From an uncultured Candidatus Saccharibacteria bacterium (GTDB lineage Bacteria; Patescibacteriota; 4484-211; JAGQKX01), in contig CAYMOT010000002.1 in NCBI GenBank assembly GCA_964392315.1, positions 228,365-270,893 of the forward strand: a stretch of DNA of 42,529 bases, given 5' to 3'. Of the stretch, positions 10,382 to 19,593 are shown one piece after another. The notes beneath the pieces are model-generated. The model did no database searches. It was not told where the DNA came from and saw nothing but the letters and a program-made list of their open reading frames with translations. The position numbers were made by a program, and so were the translations under genes. Numbering within the stretch: the stretch's first letter is position 1; every line of letters starts with the position of its first letter.

Positions 10382-10404
10382 ATCTACTAAACTATTTAGT
10401 AGAT
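10382..10404 (+). promoter_or_regulatory. Second BlaI-type operator ATCTACTAA-N5-TTAGTAGAT overlapping the ccdA start
   Basis: Perfect 9-bp inverted repeat whose core is identical to 9005-9021; overlaps a TAAACT -10-like hexamer (10388-10393) and the ATG at 10403. Confidence 0.72.
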
Positions 10405-11182
10405 GTTTATATCAATTCCTTTCATGGCCGTAATAGCATTTGTGGGTGGAGCACTCTCCTTTCTGTCGCCTTGTACAGCAGTAATATTACCAGGATATTT
10501 TGCATACACATTTCAGGAAAACGTGAAAATGCTCAAGGCATCCGTTCTTTATGCATTGGGCTTAAGTATTGTTTATATACCGCTTGGACTTGGTGTAACT
10601 ACAGTTACCAAATTGCTCGCACCGAGTGCTACCTTCATCGGCATAATAATTGGTGTTTCTTTTATCGGTTTCGGCTTCACAACACTATTTGGGAAATATA
10701 TAACCGTTCCACTATTAGATAAATTAAAAAATAGACTACAGTTGACTCATCAAGGCAAGCATACAACACCGCTATTTCTAGGTTTCTTAACTGGTCTCGG
10801 TTCAACCCCATGTGCTGGATCAATTCTGGGGGCAATATTAACCATGGCCGCAACAACTCAAAATATTTATCTTGGAGCATTTCTAATGTTTTTGTACGTA
10901 ATAGGAATATTCACCCCTCTTGTGCTTTTTAGTTTCTTTCTGAAGAAAAACACTGTCGTTAAAAACCTACTAATAGGCAAAGTGTTTACCTTCACATTCA
11001 ATGAGAAAAAATACAAGTTTCAAAGCACTCAATTAATCTCTGGATCATTATTTCTAATTCTAGGTATATTTTTTCTCATGCTTGGCAACGGCGATGCTTT
11101 GGGCAGTTTTTTCACGACAACCGGATTATTCGACATAACACTAGACCTACAAGATTCATTATTAGAACTATTCGTTAAGTGA
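10403..11182 (+). CDS. CcdA/DsbD-like thiol:disulfide membrane electron transporter
   Basis: GALSFLSPC..ILPGY and STPCAGSILG motifs; multiple TM segments. Confidence 0.85.
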   Translation: MFISIPFMAVIAFVGGALSFLSPCTAVILPGYFAYTFQENVKMLKASVLYALGLSIVYIPLGLGVTTVTKLLAPSATFIGIIIGVSFIGFGFTTLFGKYITVPLLDKLKNRLQLTHQGKHTTPLFLGFLTGLGSTPCAGSILGAILTMAATTQNIYLGAFLMFLYVIGIFTPLVLFSFFLKKNTVVKNLLIGKVFTFTFNEKKYKFQSTQLISGSLFLILGIFFLMLGNGDALGSFFTTTGLFDITLDLQDSLLELFVK

Positions 11183-11198
11183 AAGTTGGTGATTATAT

Positions 11199-11969
11199 AT
11201 GGATGAAAACAAAAAAACTGGCATAACGATTACAACACCGGTCGCGATTATTATTGCAGGGGCGATAATCGGTATTGCGGTCTATGCCGCCAACGGAAGT
11301 GGTTCTACTGATACGACCACACGTACACAAGCTCAAACCACAACTACCACCCAACAGCCAGTTGGAAACACACAACAAGTTACTGAACCTTCAGGACCAG
11401 TAACCGTTTCTGTCGATGATGATCCGTTTTTGGGTAATCCAGATGCTCCGGTAACGATGATCGACTTTAGTGATTATGAGTGTCCATTCTGTAAACGACA
11501 TGTTGATCAATCCTTTGATCAGATAAAAACTGAGTATATCGATACAGGAAAACTGAAATACGTGTATCGTGATCTACCTCTTTCATTCCACGACCCTCTA
11601 GCGACACAACAAGCCATTGCAGCTAATTGTGCTCGCGAGCAAGGAGATGATGAGACCTATTTTGCATACCACGATGAGATTTTCAATAGAACAAGTTCAA
11701 ACGGAAATGGTATGGAAAAAAGCGAATTGTACACCATTGCCTCAGACTTGGGATTAAACGATGGACAGTTCAAAGAATGTTTAGATAGTGAGAAATACAA
11801 AGCTGAAGTTCAAGCGGATATTGCAGATGCCAGTAACGCTGGTGCAAGTGCGACACCAACATTCTTCATCGGAAAATCGACTGATTCTGGAGCTATTGAA
11901 GGTCAACAAGTCGTTGGAGCTCAACCATTTTCAGTCATCAAGTCGACAATCGATTCAATGCTGGAATGA
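11199..11969 (+). CDS. DsbA/Com1-like thioredoxin-fold protein, membrane anchored
   Basis: N-terminal TM helix, Thr/Gln-rich linker, DDDPFLG..APVTM, CPFC active site, cis-Pro loop ATPTF. Confidence 0.92.
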   Translation: MDENKKTGITITTPVAIIIAGAIIGIAVYAANGSGSTDTTTRTQAQTTTTTQQPVGNTQQVTEPSGPVTVSVDDDPFLGNPDAPVTMIDFSDYECPFCKRHVDQSFDQIKTEYIDTGKLKYVYRDLPLSFHDPLATQQAIAANCAREQGDDETYFAYHDEIFNRTSSNGNGMEKSELYTIASDLGLNDGQFKECLDSEKYKAEVQADIADASNAGASATPTFFIGKSTDSGAIEGQQVVGAQPFSVIKSTIDSMLE

Positions 11970-11987
11970 TGCTAAGGTAGTACATCA

Positions 11988-12016
11988 AGAGTCAGTTAGT
12001 TCAATTGACTGACTCT
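11988..12016. repeat. Intergenic inverted repeat AGAGTCAGT-N11-ACTGACTCT
   Basis: Perfect 9-bp arms; no U-tract on either side. Confidence 0.6.
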
Positions 12017-12035
12017 CAGGTGTTGCAAATATATT

Positions 12036-12496
12036 ATGGTTAAAAAATTAAGTCCATCAGAATTAAGCAAATTATCTAAATCTGAGCGAAAAACTTACGA
12101 CCGACGAGTCCAACGGGAGGGTACAATAATGGAACTAAAAGATCGTTTCTGGACCGGTACAAAGTAACTTTATCTTTCGCCGTTGTTTTAATCCTCATAG
12201 TCGTAGGTATGGCACTCTATTTTAAAGACTTCTATAATCCTGTAATCTTACCGCCAATATCAGCTAATCCACATGTGGAGGTTTCACCACAGGAACATAT
12301 ATTAACTGAACCAATGAATTTGTCTGTACAGCGCCATATGCTAGAACATGCAGATGGTGATGGACAACCTGGTGTGATTATTAACTATAATTGTGAGGAT
12401 TTTGATTGTAATGATGACTTTCTACCAACCTTGGCCAAAACTGTTGAAACATATCCTAACTTTGTTTATTTGGCTCCTTCTAAAAATATGCCGTAA
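12036..12496 (+). pseudogene. Frameshifted membrane-anchored protein, DUF3105-like
   Basis: MVKKLSP...LKDR from ATG 12036 joins FLDRYKVTLSFAVVLILIVVGMALY... if one T is added at about 12146. The downstream part has QRHMLEH..GVIINYNC..VYLAP, resembling the DUF3105 HxLEH motif. Confidence 0.55.
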
Positions 12497-12628
12497 AATT
12501 GTGAGGCATTTTATTAGTTCAAGAAATGAAGGCCGGCGGGTGTGTACCCCTTTAGTGAAAAGTTTAAGGTTACTCCCTCTGGGTTTCATCAGAAATTCTA
12601 GTCTACTGACAGAGAAATATTGGAAGAC

Positions 12629-13396
12629 CTAACTATCTAAAACTACATTCGCTATGATGGTATTTTCCAACCTTGGATAATTTGGATGATCTGTTTCAAC
12701 GTAGATCGTTCGGGTAAGATCACCTACATCTGTCGCATCGCCATGTACCGCTGGATCAAAAGTGACTCTCATATCAATTGATTCGCCTGATTGTACGGTA
12801 TCTTTTTCAGGAAATGCTTGTGTACAACCACATGATGTGGTGACTCGAGTCAGAGCAATCTCCTGATCTGTGTTGTTGAAAATAACAAAATTCGTTTCGG
12901 GAACATCACCATAAATGACTATCCCAAGATCTTGGTTTGCTGGAGTAATGGTGACTCCTTGTTGGTTCTTTTGGACATATGCATCATATGCTATTTTCCC
13001 GCCAACAAGGTTTTTGACATTTGTGTACCCAAGGTCTATGAGTGTTTGAGAGGCAATTTGGCTCATATTACCGCTTCTGCAGTAGACCAATATTTCTGCA
13101 TCCTTATCGACAGGCAGATCACCAATATTGGCTTCTATCTCAGTATATGGGATAAATGTATCAGTCCCTTGAATATGCTCTTGTTCAGGAATATGCGTAT
13201 CAACGACAAATGGGTCACTAGTCTCGATGATTGAAATGAACTCCTCAGCGGTTACATCTTGATAGCTTTCAATTGTTGTATTCTGCGTATCCTCAGTTTC
13301 TATGTTGTCCTTTTCACTAGGCGATGAATAACTGACCACTAAAGCTCCAATTACAAGAACAAGTACTGCTGGTATTACAAAGGTTATTAATTTCAT
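12629..13396 (-). CDS. Exported rhodanese-domain protein fused to a DUF1573 (Ig-like) domain
   Basis: N-terminal anchor; rhodanese active loop VYCRSGNMS; C-terminal VTTSCGCT..VTFDP..HG. Confidence 0.82.
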   Translation of the reverse strand: MKLITFVIPAVLVLVIGALVVSYSSPSEKDNIETEDTQNTTIESYQDVTAEEFISIIETSDPFVVDTHIPEQEHIQGTDTFIPYTEIEANIGDLPVDKDAEILVYCRSGNMSQIASQTLIDLGYTNVKNLVGGKIAYDAYVQKNQQGVTITPANQDLGIVIYGDVPETNFVIFNNTDQEIALTRVTTSCGCTQAFPEKDTVQSGESIDMRVTFDPAVHGDATDVGDLTRTIYVETDHPNYPRLENTIIANVVLDS

Positions 13397-13878
13397 GATA
13401 TTTGTGTCACCACCCTCCGGATAGGGACGTTTTGTGTACTCTTATATCGTAGATATTGTCTTAAGAGATATCCAATACCAACGATGTTTGAAAAAACACC
13501 AAGTAACAAAAAGACCGATTGGTATTCTGCTAAAAATACGCTCAACCCGGTTAATCCGACAATCGGTAGTATATCAACCACATGATGTGCACAGCAAGCT
13601 ATCATTGCACCCGAAGAAGTAGCTCCAGTGGCTGCTACACTGTTTTGATTTGTATGTATGCTAACCGCTTTAACGTAGGTATATAGGGCTACTTGTACTC
13701 CAAACCCGATTATCAATAAAGACATCAGTAGCCACAATGACTGGTATTGATCAATTGCTACATCCCATGACCCGGTGGCAACACGCATGATTAAAAAATA
13801 GCCACTGAGCAAACTGATTCCTGCAAGCATTCCATTGATAAGAGATTGTTGCAATGTTTTTTTTATGTTTATTCCCAT
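13393..13878 (-). CDS. Uncharacterised 4-TM membrane protein with a CCAHH motif
   Basis: Hydrophobic helices; intramembrane MIACCAHH; SD-like GAGGAG upstream; overlaps both neighbours. Confidence 0.78.
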   Translation of the reverse strand: MGINIKKTLQQSLINGMLAGISLLSGYFLIMRVATGSWDVAIDQYQSLWLLMSLLIIGFGVQVALYTYVKAVSIHTNQNSVAATGATSSGAMIACCAHHVVDILPIVGLTGLSVFLAEYQSVFLLLGVFSNIVGIGYLLRQYLRYKSTQNVPIRRVVTQIS

Positions 13879-14327
13879 GTAATACTCCTCTCCGTGATAC
13901 CCGCAATATTTTTGCCAACTATCTCAAATGGTGTTTCTGTTTGAGGGAAAGCCAATTTAGCAGATCGGTGATGACCCACACCGAGTATTTCGACTGAGAT
14001 TGGCGTTATCTCTTGTCCATCTTTCCGAATGATAATGTCATTAGAAAAATCAACCATATCTAAGTCAATTGAATGAGTGTTCAAATACACTTCGAAAGCG
14101 GTGATCGATTCAGTGGAGCTATCAGGTTTGTATTCTGCGGTCATAGTCACCCGGCCCTCCCCGTCATCACTACGTGAAAGTTCTCCATGTGGTTCATTCC
14201 ATTGACTTGGATTATTATTCGCACTCGCAACTATTTCTTGATTGTCCAACGACTCACGAGATTCATAAAGAAACCAAGGCACAGCTATCACGATAATGGC
14301 GATTGATACGATTCGTAGGTATTTCAT
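13869..14327 (-). CDS. Uncharacterised exported protein with NTH and GHH motifs
   Basis: N-terminal TM/signal segment; YLNTHSIDL and GVGHHRSA; operon context. Confidence 0.75.
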   Translation of the reverse strand: MKYLRIVSIAIIVIAVPWFLYESRESLDNQEIVASANNNPSQWNEPHGELSRSDDGEGRVTMTAEYKPDSSTESITAFEVYLNTHSIDLDMVDFSNDIIIRKDGQEITPISVEILGVGHHRSAKLAFPQTETPFEIVGKNIAGITERSITWE

Positions 14328-14331
14328 AGTT

Positions 14332-15351
14332 CTAGCAACTACTACTGCCTTGTGTAGACTGAGGTAGAGATTGTATTTTGCTTCTTGTGGTCGAATATCC
14401 CTGTGCGCTTGAATATTCTTTACTCAGAGCCAACTTCGTATCAACTGTATCCCACTTCTGTCCTTGTTCTTCAAAATACCTTGCAAGGTCTATATACGTC
14501 TGTGGAAACCAGAAACTGTTTACTTTGAGGGCAATATCATACATATCCTGTTCACTTACTCCTTCAGCTGCCATTAGTTGTAAAAGGCCAAGCATCGCCA
14601 TCCCATGGTTACAATCTGGGAAATGGGTGCTATTCCCACAGCATGGACGATAGATATTACCGGATACTTCATCAACTAGTTTTTGTTGTTCTGCAGATAA
14701 TGTAACGAACTGATGTTTACTATAATGATCCATTGGTTCACCCTCCGCAAGAGACCATCCTCCCGTTGAAGCAAACCTACCTGCACCGCCATACTGCTCG
14801 TCTGACATTTCACCATTATCAAGAATGTCATTCTGATTGGCCAATCCGAATGCCCAAAGCATATCTAGCATGAACCGTGAGTTATTGTTAGTCATGATAA
14901 TAGGTTTATTCCAAGTACCGGCTAGAATAGCCTCCTGGTCTTCGGTGAGACTGTTTTGAAACAAATCCTTGAACTTTGCTTCATCAATAACTCCTTGTTC
15001 GGTCATTTTTTCACCAAGATTCCTCCACGAGATTGGTAATGTAACACCATCCTGTGGCAATACTGCTGCAGCAAGTGTGTCTGAATTTATTGAGGTATTA
15101 GATACAGTACTGTTGGATTGGACTTCTCTGTTTGATGAAGTATCTTGCTTGCGATAGATCTCAATCGTATAGAATTGGTTGAAGATAAGTGCTCCGATTA
15201 GTATTAGTGAGATTGGAAGCCATGGGTTTTTAGCTAGTGACTTTTTATCATGGGTTTCTTTGACAAAAGGAGTTATATCAGCAATGTCTTCTGAATCTTC
15301 CTGCACTTCATGTTCTTCTATTGACTCATGGTTTTCACAGCAGTGGCTCAT
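14332..15351 (-). CDS. Uncharacterised membrane-anchored Cys/His-rich protein
   Basis: 339 aa; cytoplasmic MSHCCENH, one TM helix, extracytoplasmic RPCCGNSTHFPDCNHG, terminal Cys. Confidence 0.8.
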   Translation of the reverse strand: MSHCCENHESIEEHEVQEDSEDIADITPFVKETHDKKSLAKNPWLPISLILIGALIFNQFYTIEIYRKQDTSSNREVQSNSTVSNTSINSDTLAAAVLPQDGVTLPISWRNLGEKMTEQGVIDEAKFKDLFQNSLTEDQEAILAGTWNKPIIMTNNNSRFMLDMLWAFGLANQNDILDNGEMSDEQYGGAGRFASTGGWSLAEGEPMDHYSKHQFVTLSAEQQKLVDEVSGNIYRPCCGNSTHFPDCNHGMAMLGLLQLMAAEGVSEQDMYDIALKVNSFWFPQTYIDLARYFEEQGQKWDTVDTKLALSKEYSSAQGYSTTRSKIQSLPQSTQGSSSC

Positions 15352-15357
15352 GTCAAT

Positions 15358-15391
15358 ACATTAGCAAAGTAATGATGAAGAGAAGATGAAG
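15358..15391 (-). promoter_or_regulatory. OmpR-type direct-repeat box CTTCAT-N5-CTTCAT (15391-15375) with extended -10 TGcTAATGT
   Basis: The 17-mer is identical to 23654-23670 and has the same spacing to the -10 and to the ATG. Confidence 0.72.
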
Positions 15392-15398
15392 AATGAGA

Positions 15399-16763
15399 CT
15401 AAATAGAAAAATCTAAAGAAATTGTAGTACCCTTACCTTCAATAGAAGTTATACTCAATGTTCCATTCATGTTTTCAGTAACGGTTTTGGTAATTGCCAA
15501 TCCAAGCCCAGTCCCTGAGCCAATGCTGTTGCTAGCCCGATAAAATCTATTTGATACATTTTTAATCTCTGATTCAGGTATCCCGATCCCAGTGTCTTTA
15601 ACTACAACTACAATGTGGGTTTTGTTTTTGGTCAAAGATACAGAAACAGTTCCCTTGGATGGTGTATAGGTAATCGCGTTTTCTAATAGATTTAACAAAG
15701 CTCTCGTAAATAGTGATTTATCACCCTGTACTACTATTCCAGGTTGTACGTTCTTCTTAACGATTATTCGCTTGTCCTCTGCTAGAGTTTCCGAGATTTC
15801 GATCACTTCATGTACTAGAGATGACAGATCTACTTCAGTCATTGACTGTTTTATCACGCCTTGCAATCGTGAAAGGTACAAGAGATCTTGGACAGTCTTA
15901 TGCAGACCATTGAGCGTATGTAAAAGTTTTTCCTTAGTTGTCACTGATGTCTCGATGCTTTCAATTTGGGTATGCAACACAGTAATTGGTGTTTTGAGTG
16001 TGTGTGCTGCGTCAGCAAAGAATTGTCGTTGTACTTTAAACGATTCTTCTAGGCGATCTAACATTGAATTTAAAACATCTGCTAATTCACCAAGCTCACC
16101 TTGTGATTCAGTATCGGGAATTCGGTCTTGCAAATTTGCTGAGTGAGTAATCGTATTTGCGGTAGAAGTGATTGCACGAATGGGTGAGAGTGCTCTCTTT
16201 GCAATTACATACCCAACGAAACACACAATAACAATCGAAATCAACAACAAGCTAGATAAAGCTATCAACGACTGGTTAAATGTATTCTCGAGTAGGCTAG
16301 TCTGAAATCCGACACCAATGACTCCTTGTGATGAAGCTATCGTTGTTGGTATCAATACAAACCTAATTGAATCAATAGAGAAGTAGTGAGGTATTGTTAC
16401 ATCGTCGTTTCGCACTATGACAAGATGTTGTTGCAGTTGATGTTGAGCAGGGAGAGCTATATCTTCGCTTGTACTTTGCAAGAGTATCTCTCCGTCTGGT
16501 GCCATTACCATTACAACCATCCCTTGAGATGCAACGAGACTTTGGATAATTTCCTCACCCTCTATACCAGATTGTTGCCAAACAGTCTCAACCTGTTCCA
16601 CTACCGTTTGAAGATGGTGTTCTATCTGCTGATTGAGGATATTCCAAAATATTAAACTAGCTACGAACAAAAACGTTGCAAACAGGAATGTAAAACTAGT
16701 AACATACCAGACAGTCAATCGCCCTCTAATTGTCCTAACCCATTGGCTGAATTGCTTAATCAT
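15399..16763 (-). CDS. HAMP-domain sensor histidine kinase
   Basis: Two TM helices, HAMP (ELGELADVLNSMLDRLE), H-box DAAHTLKTP, N-box NLLENAITYT, G1 DTGIGI, G2 GTGLGLAI. Confidence 0.93.
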   Translation of the reverse strand: MIKQFSQWVRTIRGRLTVWYVTSFTFLFATFLFVASLIFWNILNQQIEHHLQTVVEQVETVWQQSGIEGEEIIQSLVASQGMVVMVMAPDGEILLQSTSEDIALPAQHQLQQHLVIVRNDDVTIPHYFSIDSIRFVLIPTTIASSQGVIGVGFQTSLLENTFNQSLIALSSLLLISIVIVCFVGYVIAKRALSPIRAITSTANTITHSANLQDRIPDTESQGELGELADVLNSMLDRLEESFKVQRQFFADAAHTLKTPITVLHTQIESIETSVTTKEKLLHTLNGLHKTVQDLLYLSRLQGVIKQSMTEVDLSSLVHEVIEISETLAEDKRIIVKKNVQPGIVVQGDKSLFTRALLNLLENAITYTPSKGTVSVSLTKNKTHIVVVVKDTGIGIPESEIKNVSNRFYRASNSIGSGTGLGLAITKTVTENMNGTLSITSIEGKGTTISLDFSI

Positions 16764-17439
16764 CTACACTCTCCTCCCGTAATATGTAGCCCTTTCCTCT
16801 AATTGTATGAAGCAATTTGGTATCGAATCCATTATCAATCTTGTTGCGTAAGTTCTTTATGTATACATCAACGACATTTGAGAGTGTTTCAAACTCACTT
16901 CCCCAAACATGATCGAGTATCATCGTACGGGTAACCACATTCCCTTTGTTTCGTGCAAGAAATTCCAGTACTGAAAACTCTTTTGCTGGCAAATCTATGT
17001 CTTTACCACCCCTTTTGATGGTATGTGCCTGCGGATCAATTTCTAAATCAGCAATTAAAATTGTAGGTGATGGATCTTTGGTACTCCGACGAATTAACGC
17101 ATGGATTCGGGCTGTTAATTCATCCATTGAAAACGGTTTTGGTAAATAGTCATCTGCACCCAACTGTAGCCCTGTCACACGGTGTTCTATGTCAGAATAC
17201 GCCGTGAGCATAATGACCGGAGTAGCAATACTTTCTTTACGAAGAGACTTAATAATCTCAAAGCCATCCTTGTAGGGTAAGTTAATATCCAAGACAACAG
17301 CATCAAATGCTTCCTCTGTTGCACGGAATTCGCCATCCTCGCCGTCGAAAGCTATTTCGGCTACAAAGCCTTCTTTTCTTAAATGGTCTTGAATATTATG
17401 GGCAATATCCTTGTCATCTTCGATAATAAGTATTCGCAT
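16756..17439 (-). CDS. OmpR/PhoB family response regulator (CusR-like)
   Basis: ILIIEDD, VLDINLP, LTA, DDYLPKPF; winged-helix region VVDVYIKNLRNKID..TIRGKGY. Confidence 0.95.
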   Translation of the reverse strand: MRILIIEDDKDIAHNIQDHLRKEGFVAEIAFDGEDGEFRATEEAFDAVVLDINLPYKDGFEIIKSLRKESIATPVIMLTAYSDIEHRVTGLQLGADDYLPKPFSMDELTARIHALIRRSTKDPSPTILIADLEIDPQAHTIKRGGKDIDLPAKEFSVLEFLARNKGNVVTRTMILDHVWGSEFETLSNVVDVYIKNLRNKIDNGFDTKLLHTIRGKGYILREESVDD

Positions 17440-17487
17440 TGTAATTATGTGTTATTGCTATCATCTATATTTACACACCTATCATAC

Positions 17488-18018
17488 CTATACTTCAAGC
17501 TGCTTTTTAAAATATTCCAGCTCTTTAAACGTATGCGGAACGTACCCTTTTTTATTTGCATAAAGTTCCGAAATTTTGAAAAACAGTTTTCCTATAATAG
17601 TTTCCGGTATCCGTAGGTACACCGTATGTGAAACAAGAGATCCTTCGGATGCAGGTTCAACCATAACCACGCCACTTTCAGGCACTCTCAATCGTAATAA
17701 ACCGAACATATGATATTCAGCCAAACCAGTCCACACGCACACCTTCGGTCTTTCTGCATAGAGAATGTGTCCATGTAAATCTGCATACACACCCGAAACT
17801 TTTTCTTTTTGATAAAACGCTACTCCTGTTTCGGGGCGATTTATATTATTGTAAAAAGTTAAGCCCAAATGCTCGTCTGGGTTAGAAGCTGTCCATGTCT
17901 CAGGATCATATGCATATTCCCATATTTTCTCCGGTTCAGCTTTGACGACTACTTCATATCGTTTGGTCAACCACCCACTGTTTTGATCTAGATTGTCAGG
18001 ATGTATTTCTGGTCTCAT
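17488..18018 (-). CDS. SRPBCC/START-like hypothetical protein
   Basis: EVVVKAEPEKIWEYAYDPETW resembles an SRPBCC N-terminus; sits in a tight operon. Confidence 0.55.
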   Translation of the reverse strand: MRPEIHPDNLDQNSGWLTKRYEVVVKAEPEKIWEYAYDPETWTASNPDEHLGLTFYNNINRPETGVAFYQKEKVSGVYADLHGHILYAERPKVCVWTGLAEYHMFGLLRLRVPESGVVMVEPASEGSLVSHTVYLRIPETIIGKLFFKISELYANKKGYVPHTFKELEYFKKQLEV

Positions 18019-18021
18019 GTT

Positions 18022-19593
18022 TTAACTTACTTCAAAAAGTGTCATCATTCCGGCTTCCATATGTTCAGGAATATGGCAATGCATCATCCAGTCTCCAGGA
18101 TTAGTGATATCTAACAGAATATCAATAGTCTCTCCTTTACCAATAAGGACAGTATCTTTCCAGACAAAATTATCATTTGTCTTGCCGTCTTTAGCTAGGA
18201 CCAAAAAGCGCTGGCCATGAAAATGTATTGGATGTTGCATGGGATGCATGGTATCGGGGTCGTTGAAAATGCGTATCTTAACCTTGTCGCCACTTTTAAA
18301 CTGCCAATTAATACCCATATTCTCTTTGTTAGTAACAGAATCAATCAGTTTCCATGTAAGAGTTCCATTTGTTGATCCTTGATTCATCATACTCATAGTA
18401 TCTTCCCATTCGATCAGTTCGTCATCTCTGCCCATTTGCATAGAGTTATTATTCATCATCTGACCATTACTCATCATGTGCATACCATGTCCGTTATTTT
18501 CCATAGTATTTGAACTACTAGCGTTACCCATAATCATTGATAGAACAAGATTTTTATCAGGAGCCTTATCAACAAAAGCTCGATACCGGGACAATTCTTT
18601 AATAGTGTCTTCATTATTCCGGGTAACAGGAAGGTAAGAGGTCGTAAAAGGCCCAGGTTCTACCTCAATGGTACCCATGGTGTATGTTTTGTCTGGAGTT
18701 AGGTTATTAATTGTATAATTCCCAGAATCAGTAAAATACACTTCAACGATATATCTTTCCGAAGGTCCAATGATTACTGAATCCACCCATTCTTCTCGTT
18801 CATATTTACCACTATCGCTTCCAATTAATTTCATGCGGGTATTGGGAATCGAAAAATTAAAAACTCTCGTATTAGCTGCGTTTGTAATATACAAGCGCAA
18901 TCGTTCCCCTTGTTTAGCCTGTAATACAAAATCATCTTTTCCATTTATGAGCATCGTATTCCCGAATCTGCCCATTAGTGCGTGAGTGACCGTTGTTTTA
19001 TCAAATGGTGCAATCTGTCCGTTTTCAATTAAAATATCATCCAAAAAAAGAGTTTCTTCACGATCAACTTCTGCCCAGTAGGCAGTATCGTTTGGAACAA
19101 CAATAAAGTTGCCATATAAACCCATTTCTTGGGTGTAATCCTCTCGAACATGTGGATGGTACCAATACACCCCAGGATCAGGAAACGTTATCTTATAGGT
19201 AAATGAGCCGTGTGGTTTTATAGTCTCTTGCGTAACCTCAGCTACGCCATCAAATGCATTCTCAAGACGGACACCGTGTGAATGTAGTGTTGTCTCAACA
19301 TCAATATTGTTATTAAGGGTCAAGTAAATAGTTGCCCCCTGTACTATTCGTATTGTAGGGCCAGGTATCGAACCGTTATAGGCAAACATCGTTACATCAT
19401 TCCCCTCAATTTCAGAAATAACGGGAGATGCAGTGATTTCATACGACGATCCGTCCTGCAAAATCACATTTTCAGTAGATTTTATAGTTGGTATTTGATT
19501 TCCAAAGGGACGCCAATTATCCAGGGAAAAAATAACTAAAAAAATCAAGATAAGTCCAAAAAGTGATAGAAGTATTTTATTTTTTGCTAACAT
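18022..19593 (-). CDS. Exported multicopper oxidase (CueO/CopA-like)
   Basis: All four Cu motifs present: HSHG, WYHPH, HPIHFHG, HCHIPEHMEAGM; Met/His-rich insert. The start was moved to MLAKNK (19593) because the upstream extension overlaps the DUF2933 gene. Confidence 0.95.
   Translation of the reverse strand: MLAKNKILLSLFGLILIFLVIFSLDNWRPFGNQIPTIKSTENVILQDGSSYEITASPVISEIEGNDVTMFAYNGSIPGPTIRIVQGATIYLTLNNNIDVETTLHSHGVRLENAFDGVAEVTQETIKPHGSFTYKITFPDPGVYWYHPHVREDYTQEMGLYGNFIVVPNDTAYWAEVDREETLFLDDILIENGQIAPFDKTTVTHALMGRFGNTMLINGKDDFVLQAKQGERLRLYITNAANTRVFNFSIPNTRMKLIGSDSGKYEREEWVDSVIIGPSERYIVEVYFTDSGNYTINNLTPDKTYTMGTIEVEPGPFTTSYLPVTRNNEDTIKELSRYRAFVDKAPDKNLVLSMIMGNASSSNTMENNGHGMHMMSNGQMMNNNSMQMGRDDELIEWEDTMSMMNQGSTNGTLTWKLIDSVTNKENMGINWQFKSGDKVKIRIFNDPDTMHPMQHPIHFHGQRFLVLAKDGKTNDNFVWKDTVLIGKGETIDILLDITNPGDWMMHCHIPEHMEAGMMTLFEVS

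Noticed and set aside
12393-12632. 79-aa ORF as an independent gene
   Set aside because: It overlaps the DUF3105-like remnant and has no start signals; at most a frameshifted tail
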